Part shown: one piece after another, positions 32,771 through 47,500 of the stretch
How the letters are laid out: each line of letters starts with the position of its first letter
How positions within the stretch are numbered: position 1 is the stretch's first letter
Source: Anthoceros angustus
Lineage: Eukaryota > Plantae > Anthocerotophyta
Assembly (NCBI GenBank): GCA_010909165.1
Contig: MU008159.1
Location: forward strand, 2,170,001 to 2,234,000
DNA: 64,000 bases
Direction of reading: 5' to 3'
Notes under the pieces: generated by a model
Told to the model about the DNA's origin: nothing
Seen by the model: only the letters and a program-made list of their open reading frames with translations
The model's database searches: none
Made by a program: the position numbers and the translations under genes

Positions 32771-35269
32771 ATGGCACCCAAAAGCCGCGGAGTCTGGGAG
32801 CCATGGACCGTGGAGCGCAACATTGTGACCCGCGCTATCCGGACTTCGGCCCCGGGCCGGAAGGGGAATTGGTGCGGAGTAATCTGGACGTGTTCCAAAT
32901 GGTCTGGACCTTTGACGCTAGTCCGGAGTTTGCCCGAAGATGGGCGATCAACAAGGAGGTCCGATCCAAGAACCTCCGGAGGACCCGAGGCGATGGACCT
33001 TGAGGTCCCGAGGCCTACAACCGCCTCAAGGAGGAAGAAGGGGCGGTGCCGAGCCCCTTAAGGCGAAGGAAGATAGGGCCACCACGCGAGGCCGAGGCTC
33101 GAACGCAGGACAACCAACGGATGGTTGATATCCGATCCGCCGGATCCGAGTAAGGGCGGTAGCCCGGATCATTGTCCATTGAACTCGCCACCAAGGTGGA
33201 TCACCTTGGTGATAACCCTGGTATTCCCCGCAGGCGCCCAAAAGAGCGGACGGGAAGGATTATCTTCGCCTTCACCAGAGGCACGCTAAGGAGCGAGAAG
33301 CCTCGCTTATCGGGCGACCCCATACCGATTCATGTGGGGACATTTCGAGCTCCAAGGAGGGAGAGCTTGAGGGCGCCCGGGGGCCGGAGGCCCCGCTGGT
33401 AGAGCGTGCAAGGGCGCCTCGAGGTGGGGGTCGCCCTTCAAGACCAAGCGGACTGGGAGGAGGACGATCGAGGATTCCTGACTCCATACGCCCTGAGCGA
33501 ACCCCTCACCACCTGTGGAAGTTTGGGAGGCGATTCCCTTCCTCCTTTTGCCCTCCGAGCAAGATGAGGGAGCCGATGCCGGAGGGCGTGCCCAGCAGTG
33601 AACAAATAACAACCACGACTACGCCGAGCCCCGACGAACTCAACGGGAGCCAAGAGGCGAAGACGGTGCGCCACCAACGCAAAGACCGAAGGTGCAGATT
33701 CTTACCCCCGCCCACGGGAGTGGCAAGAGGTCAAGAGGCGTAAGGAGGGCAAAGGGACGTGGCCCAAGGAGTGGAGGTCACCGGGCAGCCCCCCACCTCG
33801 AGCCGGCCTGCCCCGGTGAAGGGGCAAAAGAGCTTGCTCCCGACCCCCTCACCTCCTCCGAGCCCTGTGGAGAAAGAGGGCACAAAGGAGTTAGAGGCCA
33901 AGAGGGCCAAAGAGGGAGAGACTGACTCACCACTGTGACCCGAGGGTCCCGATTAGGTCCGAGAACCCCCCGACTTACTCGGATCATGGTATGGAGGTCC
34001 TCGACGGATCGAAATGCCTCCACTACGGACTTTGTGGGGCCTCACCGGCCGTGGAAGAAACACGGCGAGTCCGCTACCGCCATGGACGGAATGCTTTGGG
34101 GTCTCGTGGTACATGGAGAAGACCTGGAAGTGGAGGCCACCCGAGGAGGATGGTGGAACCCAAGAGCAAGTGAAGGCGCCAGGGGCAAAGGAAAGGGAGT
34201 CCCTCGGATCGAGGAAGGGAACGCCGGTGGCGGAGCGCGAGGCCCGGCTCAGACTGAAGGTTCTTCACCGACCAAGCAAGCCTGGAGGCCCAAGCGGAGG
34301 ACCTTGCAGCGAAGGGGAAGCGCAGCAGAGGCGGAAGAGGCCCGGCACAAGAGAGCTGGACGGCGGAGGCCCGGCCAGAGCCAAGGGCGGCGTAAAGGCG
34401 GGGGGAGCCAAGCCGGCAAAGAGCGACCGGATCACCATGACGTGATCGAACCGTGGAGAGAGAGCAGGTAACTCGGGCGACAAAGGGCTATGGAGTGCAA
34501 GGGCCAAAGGAGGAGATGGAGGCCGACCGGGAGATAGAGATCTCGGCACAGCAGTAGAGAGGAGAGGCGGCAGCATGGAGGATGAAGAAGGACACTGGAG
34601 CTACAACCCAAGATGCGCTTGAGCAAGCAGTGATTCTCAACGAGAGAATCCACGACTCGAGCACGAAATAGAGTGCCCCATCCGTCTCAAGACGGAGGAA
34701 AATCGCGACTATCCAAGGAGTTGGACGCTGCTGTGCCATGTGAGCCGGAGGAAGTCCGAGTCGGACGGAGGTATCCGACCGCCTGAGAGGGAGTCATGAG
34801 CTAAAGGCCGTAATGAACGGAGGAGCGCGAGCATCGGAAGCGTAAAAGAAGCCGCCGTCCACCGAAAGGCGGAAGGGAACGCCGCGCTATGGCGGTAAGC
34901 GGCAATGGAGAGGAAACGACGGGAGCGAGTGTGGAGCAACATGGCATGCAGGAGGTGACCGAGGCCGCCTCAGGCCGTGATACCGGCCCACCACAACCGC
35001 GTGAGAGGTGGCCCAACAAGCCGGGCAAAGACGCCTTTAACACTTATGGCGGAGGGAGTATCGGTGCCCGCACACGTGGAAGAGGCAATTCAACAAGTCG
35101 ATCTGTGACTTTGCCTATTACCACGAGCCCCGGGCAGAAGCCTCCTCGACTCAGCAGAAACGGACGGACTGGAAGGCTCAAGGAGATGAAGGCCACGGGA
35201 AAGACAGGGACCCTAGTGGCCTGCTTGAGAGATGACGGAGCGCGAGAGGAGCAACCGGGAGGAGCGTAA
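32771..35269 (+). pseudogene. Degenerate extra ORF inside the Gypsy LTR (copy at 42606-~45110)
   Basis: Starts gcaATGGCACCCAAAAG (MAPKS...) in both LTRs. Successive ORF pieces are Glu/Arg/Ala-rich and coiled-coil-like (e.g. QDALEQAVILNERIHD), with a stop at 35269. Confidence 0.5.
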
Positions 35270-35413
35270 CGAGGGAGCGCGGATGCGATCGAGGTAAGCA
35301 CCCCGCACCTCACCATGGAAGGAGGGGCCAACGAAGGAGTCCCGGGCGATCGGGAACAGAAGGACTGAGGAGAGCCACGGAGGAGTCCCGTGAGGGAGGA
35401 AACCTGGGCGTGA

Positions 35414-35512
35414 GTCCGACTTTGTCCGGACTCAGAGGGGAGGCCGGATCAAGTCCGGACCTGAATAAGTCCGGACCAAGTCCGGACCCGAGTCCGACCG
35501 AGGTCCGGACCC
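35414..35512. repeat. Cluster of palindromic GTCCGGAC octamers within the Gypsy LTR (also ~45255-45360)
   Basis: About 6 gtccggac/gtccgac units in 100 bp, present in both LTRs. Confidence 0.8.
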
Positions 35513-38500
35513 CAGAGAACGGACCCAGCCACGGACTCAGCCTGACTCGGGTTCGAGACAGACCTCGAGGACCGATCGGCAAGAAGGAGGAGCCCCTTCG
35601 ACTTACGCTTAGGGGAGAGAGAGTGGGTGGCCCCAGGACCTGTGGGAGGCCAGGAGGATGACGTGGTAACGGGCTGTCGACCGCCGAGCCCAACCCGATG
35701 TGATTCCGGGAGAGGAGGGGCCCGCCACGGATCATCCGATTGGGTGCACCACAACCGCTGACGGGATTGGACCACCCATTCCGAGGGGCCTGTGACCTTC
35801 CCACACAACGAAGGAGATAGGGGGGAAAGGATGGTAGGCGGCCGATTAGGGTATACCGAAATGGCTATCACCGTAATAGGGGTGTAATAAAGACGCCCTT
35901 GGGCGCAGAGATAAGAGGGCCGAGGCTAGTAAAGCATCTTTCTCTGGTGTTGATGCCGCTTCTTGCACCTTTGTGAGTCTTCTTGCTAACGTGAGTCCCG
36001 AGTCACCGAAAGGTGCACGATCGGGAGATTGATCAAGGTCCCGTGACGGACTTAACGCGCTGTGGTGTGTGTGCGTGGGAAGGGTGATCGGTGACGTCGC
36101 CCGAGCCGCCCCAATCAACGGACTGAACGTGAGCCGGAGGAACTCGGAGGGTGTAGAGCCCGGACGGAGAGGCCGAACGATGAGGAGGTCACAGAACCCG
36201 CGTCTTTTCTAAGATCAAGAGTGTAGCGTGAGGGGAGAGAGGAAAGGATCGCGTGAGGGAGGATGTGAACGACACGGAAACGGTCTCAAACGCTTGGCCA
36301 TACCGGCCTCAGACGGAACGCTGTGAGAGTTAGGAGTATGTGTGTTGAGACCGAACGAGCGCTAAGGACGGTAAGAATCACAAACGCAGAACGGGCCTAT
36401 CATTCCCTTTGGGAACGGACTTCTTCCTACAACGACACGGATTGTGCGCGCTACCGCCATCAAGAAAAGTCGCCACATTTGGCGCTGCTGCGGGAATGAA
36501 ATCGTGGTGCCGCAGCGCGCCCTTAGGAAGAGAAGGTAAGTGAATGCGTGGCGGTCGAGCGACGGTCAAGAGTGAACCGTCAGGATCGGACGTGGTCACC
36601 TCGCGTTTCTCCGAGCCGTGAGAGAGAGAGAGACGCCAAACCCAACGAGAGCACCGCCGATCGAGGAGGGAGAACGTGGTCGAATTGTCGGACCAAGACG
36701 AGTACGGGTACAAGGGACGCCAACGGAAGAAGGTAGGATGCCCACGCCTAACCCATCGATGGCGCAGCCATGGCCCCTACCTCGACCAAACAAGCGCATC
36801 TCCATATTCGGAGGAAGAAGGAGCGGATGCGAGACCTTTGTGGAGGACTTCTGTCCAAAGCCAACTTCAACGGAGAGGGAGCCGACGCCTCATCCCTTTT
36901 CCAAGGGGTTCTGAGGGACCGCTCAATGGTATCGGAGAAAGTACCACCGGAGAATGCCCCACCGCCTCGCTTGAAGCTTTGAAAATGCCTTCTTAGAACG
37001 GTTTCGAGGGATCGACCGTGAGGGTATGTATTATCAAAGTTGGAAAATCAAGCGAGGGAAGAAGGAGAAGGGCTCAGACATCGAGCGGTTCTATGCCCCG
37101 AGGGATCGCATCCAACCCATACCACGATGCAAGCAGGTGGTTCGCGCCGGCCTAGCCAAACCCATGGCGTGCACGCCCCGCCGCCGAGAAGGACGTGGGC
37201 AAGGTGAGGAAAACTACGAGGAATCGCTACATCGAGGATAAAGAAATCCGCAAGGAGGCAAGAAGAAGAAGAAGAAACGGGGTTCGACTGAGGAGGAAGA
37301 GTCTTCGAGGAGGAGGAAGACCAATGAGGTGTCTGAGGAGGAGCCGTCCAAGAAGAGAGAGGTCTCTAGCGAGGAAGAGTATCCCGCAAGAAGAAGAGCA
37401 AGAAAGCCCCGCTAAAAGAAGGTGGTAAGAAGGAGGTGGTGACACCAGACCGTCCGAGAAGCTCCGACCCGACTCAAAGGAGGTAGCAGTCCGGAGGACC
37501 GGAAAAGTGATAAAGAGAGTAGAGGACCGCGATAAACTGTTAAGGACCGAGAGCGCGGAAAACACCGACTACGGCGAACGCATCTGTGCCGTGCCAACAC
37601 GGCCATTCGAAGTCCAACCGCCTCAAGGCCGGCATCAAGTGGACTACGAATCGAGGAGGAGGCCGAGGAGCAATGGGAAGAGGCCTATCAGTGCATGTGA
37701 AGCCCCTCCGGGCCGCGATATCCCAAAACCATGTATCCGCCAACCGGAGGTCCACAATACGAGCCCCACCGATGCAAAGACCGCATGGGAGCCCCTTCGT
37801 ATCCTCCGACGGCCGCGGGTCCGCTGGAACCGGGAATCTCGCCATTACTCCAACGCGTGTCCGTACTCCAACGAGGTGGTAATGGGGACTTCGAGCTGTG
37901 GCGATCGCAAGGCCGGGCATATGACAGCAAGACGCTATGTCCCCAACCCCGCACAAGGACGGTGACGATATGCCACACCAAGCGGAGAACTCGACCACCA
38001 ACGCCACCTCCTAAGACCTGACTGCACGGCAAGTCAAGATGCTCTGGCGGAGGGAAGAGATTCCCAGAGGTACGCGAGATGGAAAGAACAAGAAGGTACG
38101 GTGGGGGTGTCGAAAGGAAGGGAGTCGGTGGAAATCTTGAGGTGTCTACTCAGTCAAGGAAGGAGCGACGAGAAAGGCGCCAGCTTGAAGAAGAACAAGA
38201 TCGAGGAAGCGCCACACGCCGAGGAAGGCAATCAAACGGAAATACCAGCAGAGGATCCGACCGATGAAGGAGGGCGACGGCAGCCGGAGGGATTACCCAA
38301 GGAAGTTCTCCGCAAGGTGAGAGGGGGAACGGTGCCTCCCGCGACGGCGACGCTTCCACCGGACGTAGTCCGGAGGTGACCGAGATGTTGCAGGAGGAAA
38401 TGCGCAAGCATCCGGAGAATACCGTAACACGGGTGACCGGGAGAGGATGAGGACGCAGCAGGATCCTCGATTGGGGTAGCCTCGCCCCTTTAATGTGGCG

Positions 38501-41500
38501 ACCGATGATGAATCGCAGCACCTTGTGTCCTTTCGACACCGAGGGATAACCCAAATACACAAGAGGTCCGTGGGCCGTTAGGAAACCCAGCCTCGGAGCA
38601 CCAAAGCCGTGAAGGGTAGCAAAGGAAGTGAGGGTGGTGTCCCATACGACCGGGGCGGTACAAGTGGAGATTGGATGTATCATCAAGGATGTACTGCTGG
38701 ACACGGGTCCGAGTCAACCTCATCACAAGCCACGCAAAATTGGGCTTCACATCCTTCAACCTCAACGAAGACTCGAGAATGGCGTATATGTCAAGAAGAG
38801 ATCCGGGGAGTTAACCGAGTCTTGGCCACCATAGCCGCACCCTACAAACCGGATTTTGTTGTGATCAAACCGCCGGACCATTAGGGTATGAGGTGTTGCG
38901 GCCATGGTCGGGTTGGCCTGCAAGCTACACTTTGGAAGGAAGGAGATTCACTTCGTGGACCGGGACCCTAAGGTAGAAGGGAGGGTTGCTATCACCGGAG
39001 CAAGGACACCTATTGTGGGGAAACCGTGAGCCACCGGGGTATACCTGAGGACTCCACCGCGACGAACAAGATAGCTCCGAGGAGGCGACTTTTCGCCAAG
39101 ATCCGCCGGTCCGAGGAGGAGATGGACTACCGGGGATGCCTTTGGCGTGGTGATTGTTTTTTGAGTAAACGCCACAACGGGCCGGAGGAAGGAAGAAGAG
39201 GAGGCCTGACCAAAGACAAGGGGAGACAACAAGAGTCGGACCAAGGAAAAGTGACATCAAGGAGTAACACGATTCACCGACGAGCTCTTCAGAGAATGGG
39301 GATGCGAGAGGACGATCCCGAGGAGGACGAGGGGTTTGGACGCAGCGAGGAAAAGACGGAACGGAGACGGTGAACCCGGACGACGTGGAAGAAGTGGAGG
39401 TCCGCCAGCAAATTCAAGTTTAAGAAAGGCATGCCTCCGGACCAAGGAAGGACTAAAGCACTGGGGAGTTTTATGAGGTGTTCGCCTCAAGGTCACGACA
39501 TGAAGGGCATTCAAGAAGTGGGAGAGCATAAGATCGATTTGAAGCCGGAGTGCCATCAATCCGACAATACAAGCTCAACCCCAAGTATTCGATCAAGGTG
39601 AAGGAGGTCCTTGATAAGTACCGAGGCAGACATCATTTTCCCCATCGTCAGCCGAGTGGGTCGCTACCGATTGTGGTGGTTCCCAAGAAACACCAGACAA
39701 ATTGGTATGCCAAGATTGGAGGAAGCTCAACGAACGGAGAAGGACCACTTCATGCCATTCAGACATTTATTTTGGACAAGGTGGTCGGACTGACTACTTA
39801 CTCCTTCCTCGGATGGCTACTCCGGATACAACCAATTGCACCTAAGGGAGTGACCGACAAGACGACCTTCACTACGGAGTGGGGTACGCTTGCCTACAAG
39901 AGAAGTGCCTTTGGGATGACCGGAGCGCCTGTGGTCGCTCATGATGGTGACCAACGCCTTCCGTGACTTCGAGGGACTTCATGGAGATATTCTGGATGAT
40001 TTTGTGCATGGGGAGCAGGACAAACACCTTGGGCATCTAAGAAGGTGCTTGAGCCGGGAGACTCAATTGAGCCTACACCCGAGAATGCTACTTTGGAATG
40101 ACGGAGGGAATCTTGTCGACATCGGTGCTGAATCGAGGTGGACCAGACAAGGTCCGGTCATCCGCCTCCACAACGAACCTAAAGGAGCCGAGAGGTTTCG
40201 GAATGGTGGGATACTACCGGTTTATTAAGGACTTTGCAAGAGGGCGCTAAGTTGATGTAATCATCAAGGAGGAGGTTTGGACCGTCACGGAGCGAGAGGA
40301 GGCCTTGTAACACCTTGGTAAGCGCACGGTTCTAAGAGGACCGGATCGAGCAGAAATTTCATGTGTATGTAGACGTGTCCGCTATCGGAGTAGCCGAGCC
40401 GAAGGACGACAAGCGCGGGATTATCCCGTATACTACGAGTACCACCCACGCTGAACGAAAATACACAACTACAGAGCCAAGCACGGGTATGGTATATGCA
40501 AGAAATTCGACACTACCGCTACCCAAAGGAGTTTGTGTTCTATGTAGACCACTTTGCGTCAAGCATCCGTGAATAAGGCGGACTGTCCGGACGGATAGCA
40601 AGGTGGATATTGTTGCAGGAGTTCACGTCAAGTGGAAACAAGACAAGGGAGGCAAGACCAAAATGCATTTCCGCCACGATTGAAAACAGGTTGAGAGATC
40701 GTGAAGATGCTCCTGGATGAGACATTGGTTGCCGCAGAAAAAGTACAACCGGAGGAGCCCACCGACAACCCCAAGCTACGAGAATCGCAGCCTTAGCGAG
40801 AAGGGAGGGTCTGCACCGTCCGACCTACGAAGAAATAGAGCGGTACTGGGAATGGAGCTCAAAATGACTCGGATGAGGGAGGCATTCGCACTATGCTCGA
40901 CCCTTCGTAATGTACAACGGTGTGTGTTCAAATTAGGGGCCGACGAGTAGAACGAAGGTACTTGCAACCGCAGAGCTGGAGCCGCCGTGGGAATGCACGA
41001 AGGATTGGGGAGGACACTACGCAAGACAGTCACCACCAAAGATTTTGAAGCGGATACCGGTGGCCAACAATGTATGGGGACACCCACCGCTTAGGAAGAA
41101 GTGTGATGCTTGTCCCGATCGGAAAGCCAACCCCGACGACACAAAGGCCGCTAGTACCGATATTGGCACCGCACCTTCAAAAGTGGGTATTGACTTTGTT
41201 GGACCTATACCACGACAAGACACACACAAGGAGATACATCCCGGTGGCAACGACCATCGCACTGTGTGGGTAGAGGGCGACAAGAACGGACTCGCAAACA
41301 CCGTGGCCAAATTCAGAGAACATCATAACCCGCACGGATGTCCGTAGCAGGTGATAGGGGAACCCATTTCCTTAATGATGTGGTGGCCGCCATGACGGAG
41401 TATTTCGCATCAATCATCGCAAGACGGCACCCTACAATCCTAAGGCCAATGGGTCAGAGAAGACAAATGGGCTCATCCGCAGGATCTCAATAAACTCAGG

Positions 41501-44500
41501 AACTACGCCCATGATCGATACTAAGCCGCCATCCGCACTATGCCCGGACAGCAGAAGGTGACCACACAACGGACCCTTACTTGACCTACGACACTCTCCG
41601 TAATGCCAGAGTTTGAAGTGCCCACTTTTCGAGTAATGATGGAAGGAGACGACAAGAGGAAAGCCATCGAGCGACTTTTGGGGTTTGTTCAAGACACAGA
41701 GGAGGAAGAAGCTCACCAAGATGCAGCTTGGTGCAAAACCAAATAAAGATTTGGCACGATCGCCGATCGCGAATCGTGAGTATGTAAAGGAAGGGACCCG
41801 CCTTTATGATAGCATACATGCATTTTCTGCAAACTTCACCGAGATGGATGGGTCCGTACCAAGTGGTGCAAGTATATGACAACGGGTCCGGCCCACACGA
41901 TGCCTAGATGGAGAGCTGCCCACTGAACGTGGCGGTGAAGAAGTATCATGCTTAGTGTTGGCGAGACGCCAATGATGAGAAGGGAGTATGTGGCTATGCA
42001 CTCGGGAGTTAAGAAAATAAGTAGGGTTTCGCTTTTTTAGGATTGAAGGATAAATAAGGCGAAAAGGAGGAATAAAATTGGGGTAGCGCTGGACGAGGCT
42101 CGAGTATACTCCGACTGGAGTGAACAACGGACCCCTGACCACTATGGCAAGCTCCGACCACCGAGTAACGGATAAGTCCGAACCCACCCAGTCAAAAGGA
42201 TAAGTACGCCAAAGTAACCTAGGAGCGAGGCGTGAGGATGACGAGGCGGCGCCACGTGGACGGCCCCGAGTGGAGGTCGGGCATGCAGAGGTCAGACAGA
42301 ACCTGCTGAGGCCGCAGGCAGTATTCACGCCCGCGGCGCGCGCAAAGGCCGCAGTAAGCGGAAGCGAGGGTCGAGTGCCATGCACTCGCGCTCGGACAAC
42401 GAGAGGTTTCCGCCCAGTTATTTCCACAAGCGCCAAGGAGGGAGGTCATTTCGCGCAGCCTCCGCAATCCTCACGCGCCCGCAATCCGGCTCGGCGCTAT
42501 CTTTTGGGCGCCGCCTTAGAGCGCCATCAAGGTTGGAGCAATAACGCGGGCGAGGAACATCGTGCCGACTCGGCCAGCTACAAAGAACAAGAGGAGGAGA
42601 AAGCAATGGCACCCAAAAGCCGAGGGAGCCATGGACCTCGTGGAGCGCAACATTGTGACCCGCTATCCGGACCCGGGCCGAAGGGAATTGGTGCAGAGTG
42701 GCATCCGGACGTGTTCCAAATGGTCTCGACCTTTGGCTACCTAGTCCGGAGTTTGCCCGAAGATGCGGCGATCAACAAGGAGGTCCGATCCAAGAACCTC
42801 CGGAGGACCCGAGGCGATGGACCTTGAGGTCCCGAGGCCTACAACCGCCTCAAGGAGGAAGAAGGGGCGCAGCGAGCCCCTTAAGGCGAAGGGAAGATAG
42901 GGCCACGCCGCGATGCCGAGGCTCGAACGCAGCGACAACCAACGGATGGTTGATATCCGATCCGCCGATACGAGTAAGGGCGGTAGCCCGGATCATTGTC
43001 CATTGAACTCGCCACCAAGGTGGATCACCTTGGTGATAACTCGCTGGTATTCTCGCATGCGCCCTGGGAAGAGAGCGGACGGGAAGGATTATCTCGCCCG
43101 GTTCAGAGGCACGCAAGCTAAGGAGCGAAGCCTCGCCATCAGACCCCATACCGATTCATGTATGGGGACATTTCGAGCCTCAAGGAGGGAGAGCTTGAGG
43201 GCGCCCGGGCCGGAGGCCCCGCTGAAGTAGAGCGTGCAAGGGCGCCTGAGGTGGGGGTCGCCCTTCAAGACCAAGGACTGGAGGAGGACGATCGAGGATT
43301 CCTGACTCCATACGCCCTGAGCGAACCCCTCACCACCTGTGGAAGTTTGGGAGGAGATTCCCTTCCTCCTTTTGGTGCCCTCCGAGCAAAGACAGAGGCC
43401 GGAGGGATGCTGGCGCTCCGACCCGCAGACAGCCCAACAACCACGACTACCGCCGAGCCCCGACGAACTCAACGGGAGCCAAGAGGCGAAGACGGTGCCA
43501 CCAACGCAAAGACCTCGAGGTGCCAGACTTCTACCCCCGCCACGAGTGGCAAGAGGTCAAGAGGCGTAAGGAGGGCAGGGGACGTGGCCCAAGGAGTGGA
43601 GGTCACCGCGCACCCCACCTCGAGCCGGCCCCTGCCCCGGCTGTGAAGGGGCAAAAGAGCTTGCTCCCTGACCCCTCACCTCCTCCGAGCCCCTGTGGAG
43701 AAAGAGGGCACAAAGGAGTTAGAGGCCAAGAGGGCCAAAGAGGGTGAGACTCGACCACCACTGTGACCCGAGGGTCCCGATTAGGTCCGAGAACCCACCG
43801 ACTTACTCCGGATCGCGTATGGAGGTCCTTGGCGGATCGAGAAATGCCGGCCCCACTACGGACTTTGTGGGGCCTCACACCGGCCGTGGAAGAAACACGG
43901 CGAAGTCCTGCTACCGCCATGGACGGAATGCTTTGGGGTCTCGTGGTACATGGAGAAGACCTGTGAAGTGGAGGCCACCCGAGGAGGATGGTGGAACCCA
44001 AGAGCAAGTGAAGGCCGAGGGGCAAAGGAAAGGCGGAGTCCTCGCCGGATCGAGGAAGGGAACGCCGGTGGCGGAGCGCGAGGCCCGGTTCAGCAGACTG
44101 GTTAAGGTTCTTCACCGCACAAATCAAGCAAGCTCAGAGGCCCAAGCGCGGAGAGGACCTTGCAGAAGAGGGAAGCGCAGAGGCGGAAGAGGCCCCGCAC
44201 AAGCAGAGAGAGCTGGACCGGAGGCCCGGCCAGAGGCCAAGGGCGAGGCCTGTAAAGGCGGCGAGGAGCCTGTCAGCAAGAAGAGCGACCGGATCACTAC
44301 GTGATCGAACCGGGAGAGAGTCACAGTACCGAGGCTAACTCAAGGCCGCGTGGCTATGGAGTGCAAGGCCAAGGAGGAGATGGAGGCCAAGACCGGGAGA
44401 TAGAGATCTCCGAGCACCGCAGAAGTAGAGGAGAGGCGGCAGCAGATGGAGGACAAAGAAGGACACGTGAGCTACAACCCAAGATGCGCTGAGCAGTGAT

Positions 44501-47500
44501 TCTCAACGAGAGAATCCACGACTCGAGCAAAACAGAGTGCCGCCCCTCAAGACGGAGGAAAATCGCGACTATCCAAGGAGTTGGACGCTGCTGCCATGTA
44601 TGAGCCGGAGGAAGTCCGAGCCGGACGGAGGTACCGACCGCACCGGAGAGGGAGTCATGAGCTAAAGGCCGTAATGAACGGAGGAGCGAGCACCGGAAGC
44701 GTAAAAGAAGCCGCCGTCCACCGAGAAAGGCGGAAGGGAACGCCGCGCTATGGCGGTAAGTGGCAATGGAGGAAACGACGGAGCCGGAGCAACAGTGCAC
44801 TGCAGGAGGTGACCGAGGCCGCCTTGTAGCCTCATGATACGCCCACACCACAACCGGGCAGAGAGGTGGCTCAACAAAGACGCACCTAACACTTATGGCG
44901 AGGGAGTATCGGTGCTCCGCACACGTGGAAGAGGCAATTCAACAAGTCGATCTGACTTTGCCTATTACCACGCCGAGCTCCCAAGGCGAAGCCTCGACGC
45001 CGCAAACGGACGGACCGGAAGGCTCAAGGAGATGAAGGCCACGGGACAAGACAGGACCCTAGTGGCCCCTGCTTGAGATGACGGAGCGCGGAGAGGAGCA
45101 ATGAGGAGCGTAACGAGGAGCGCGGATGCGATCGAGGTAAGCACCCCGCACCTCACCATGGAAGGAGGGCCAACGAAGGAGTCACCGGCGATCGGGAACA
45201 AGGAGGACTTCGAGGAGAGCCACGAGGAGTCCTGAGGGAGGAAACCTGGTGGCGGAGTCCTGACTTTGTCCACCCCTGAGGGAGGCCGGACTCAAGTCCG
45301 GACCGAATAAGTCCGACTCAAGTCCGACCCCGAATAAGTCCGACCGAGGTCCGGACCCCAGAGACAAGGTCGGACCCAGGGCCGGACCTGTGAATAAGCC
45401 GGACTCAAGTTCTGTGAGTCGAGACAGACCTCGAGGACCGGCCGCGGGCAAGAAGGAGGAGCCCCTTCGACTTACGCTTAGGGGAGCAGAGCCGGGTGGC
45501 CCCACCGGCAAGGACCTGTGGAGGCCAGGGAGGATGACGCCGGTAACGGCGCTGCCGCCGAGAGCCCAACCCGGCTGTGATTCCGGGAGAGGAGGGGCCC
45601 GCCTCACGGATCATCCGATTGGGTGCACCACAACCGCTGACGGGGATTGACCACCCATTCCCGAGGCGGGCCTGTGACCTTCACATAAGGGAGATAGGGG
45701 GGAAATAGATGGTAGGTGGCCGATTAGGTATACCGAAATGGCTATCACGTAATAGGGGTAATAAAGACGCCACCTTGGGCGCAGATAAGAGGGCCGAGGC
45801 TAGTAAAGCATCTTCTCTTGGTGTTGATGCCGCTGCTGCACCTTTGTGAGTCTTCTTGCTAACGTGAGTCCCGAGTCACCGAAAGGTGCGCCCGGGAGAT
45901 TGATCAAGGTCCCGTGACGACTTAACGCGCTGTGGTGTGTGGAAGGGTGATCGGTGACCGTCCGGAGCCGCCCGCACCGAACGGATCGAACGCGCGGGAG
46001 GAGGAACCCGGAGGGTGTAGAGCCCGGACGAGAGGCCCGAACGACGGAGGAGGTCCGGTAACCCGGCTTTTTCTAAGACCAAGAGTGTAGCGTGAGGGAG
46101 AGAGGAAAGGACGATGCGTGAGGGATGGATGTGAACGATACGGACGCGAACGGGTCTCAAACGCTTGGCCATACCGGCCTCAGACGGAACGTGAGAAGTA
46201 GTTAGAGTATGTGTGTGTGAGGCCGAACGAGCGCTAAGGACGGTAGGAATCACCAAACGCGTAACGGAGCCTATCATTCCCTTTGGGAACTACTCTTCCT
46301 ACAACGACACCTGGATTGTGCGCGCGCCTACCGCCATCAAGAAAAGTCGCGCCACATATGTTTGTGGATGGCGGGGCTCAAGCGTAAGGGACCTTCCCCA
46401 AGGCGAGGAGAGTATTAGCCACTTGGACACGCCTCCTCATGCTCGAGGAGTCCAAGGTGCTAGCCTCTTCAAGAGAGCGATTCAGCAAAGCCCATCCGGG
46501 ATGTGAAGAGCTTGAAACAAAGCAGCTATGGTGGAAATCACGACCAAAGATCCGTGGAGTCCACTCTCATGATGAGGTTGCATTTAATTCATACACGGGA
46601 TGTATAATGTGGGGTGTGTGGCTCGAGAGCAAGTCTAGGACTTGGCCTATGTTTAGACGTCATGGCACCTTCGAAGGTTCTCTAGAGGATCTTGTAGTTG
46701 TTACAGAAAGGTGTGAAGCATAAAGAGAAAGTTCTCTGAGGTCCGTGGAGGAAGTTGACAAGTCTGAAAAAGGGTTGGGCGAACTGCCTTGAGAAGTATG
46801 AGCCGAGTGCGTCAACCAAATAAGAAGTGAAGACAACCAAGATTAGTTCTTTGGAGAAAAGGGAGGAGAGCTTGGTGTCCGAACTTGCCACTTGGCCAGG
46901 TTTACACGCTAAGGAGTCTGTGGAGATATGGAGAAAAGGGGTGGCGAAAGATGAGCAAGACATAGCGCACACCGTGAACTATCTTCCTTGATGAGGCGTC
47001 GCCAGGCCTCTTTGGCCACCATTGGATTGAAGCCCCGCTGACTGTAGAGGTCCCGGGAGTTGAAGTAATGCCCGTCCCTTATGTACCGTATGTTGCGTGA
47101 TGAAGTTTGTCACCTCTTTCTTATCAATGGTCTCAATCCTAATTTTGGATAAATGCATAGTACACCATGTACAAAGGTACCTTGTGGCAGTAGAGGCATG
47201 CAAAGGCTCGCAGTGACATTGCTTTGTTGTGCTGGGGCTTTATGGTGTCGCATCGCGGTGGTCACCCGAATGTGGATGGTGGTGGATCCGACCAAGAGTC
47301 GCCGTGGTTCTATGATAGTGCGCCTGCTCAAGTGATGGTGCTGCCGTGGCGCCACTAGCCGCCGTGGTTCTCGGATAAAGTGCAAAGGTGCTCCAAGTGG
47401 ATGGTGCTCCAAGTGAGGTGTAGCGTGGTGGTGCATCATTATGGTGCTTTGGAGCACCTTCCACGTGATAGTGATACTGCGGAGTCGACCGTTATGTGGT

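Larger units (their letters stand above)
32134..46356 (+). mobile_element. Full-length Ty3/Gypsy LTR retrotransposon (14.2 kb, non-chromovirus type) with ~4.35-kb LTRs
   Basis: LTR1 32134-36477 and LTR2 41989-46356 (TGTGGCT...CGCCACA). PBS TGGCGCTGCTGCGGGA at 36480 and PPT GATGAGAAGGGAG before 41989. Frameshifted gag, protease (VLLDTG, ~38690), RT (PIVVVPKK; FTTEWGT..FGMTGAP), RNase H (HVYVDVSAIG; ERKYTTTE) and integrase (GIDFVGPIP; YNPKANG) in Gypsy order. No chromodomain seen. The TSD is ambiguous (CATAT left, CA|TAT right). Confidence 0.92.
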
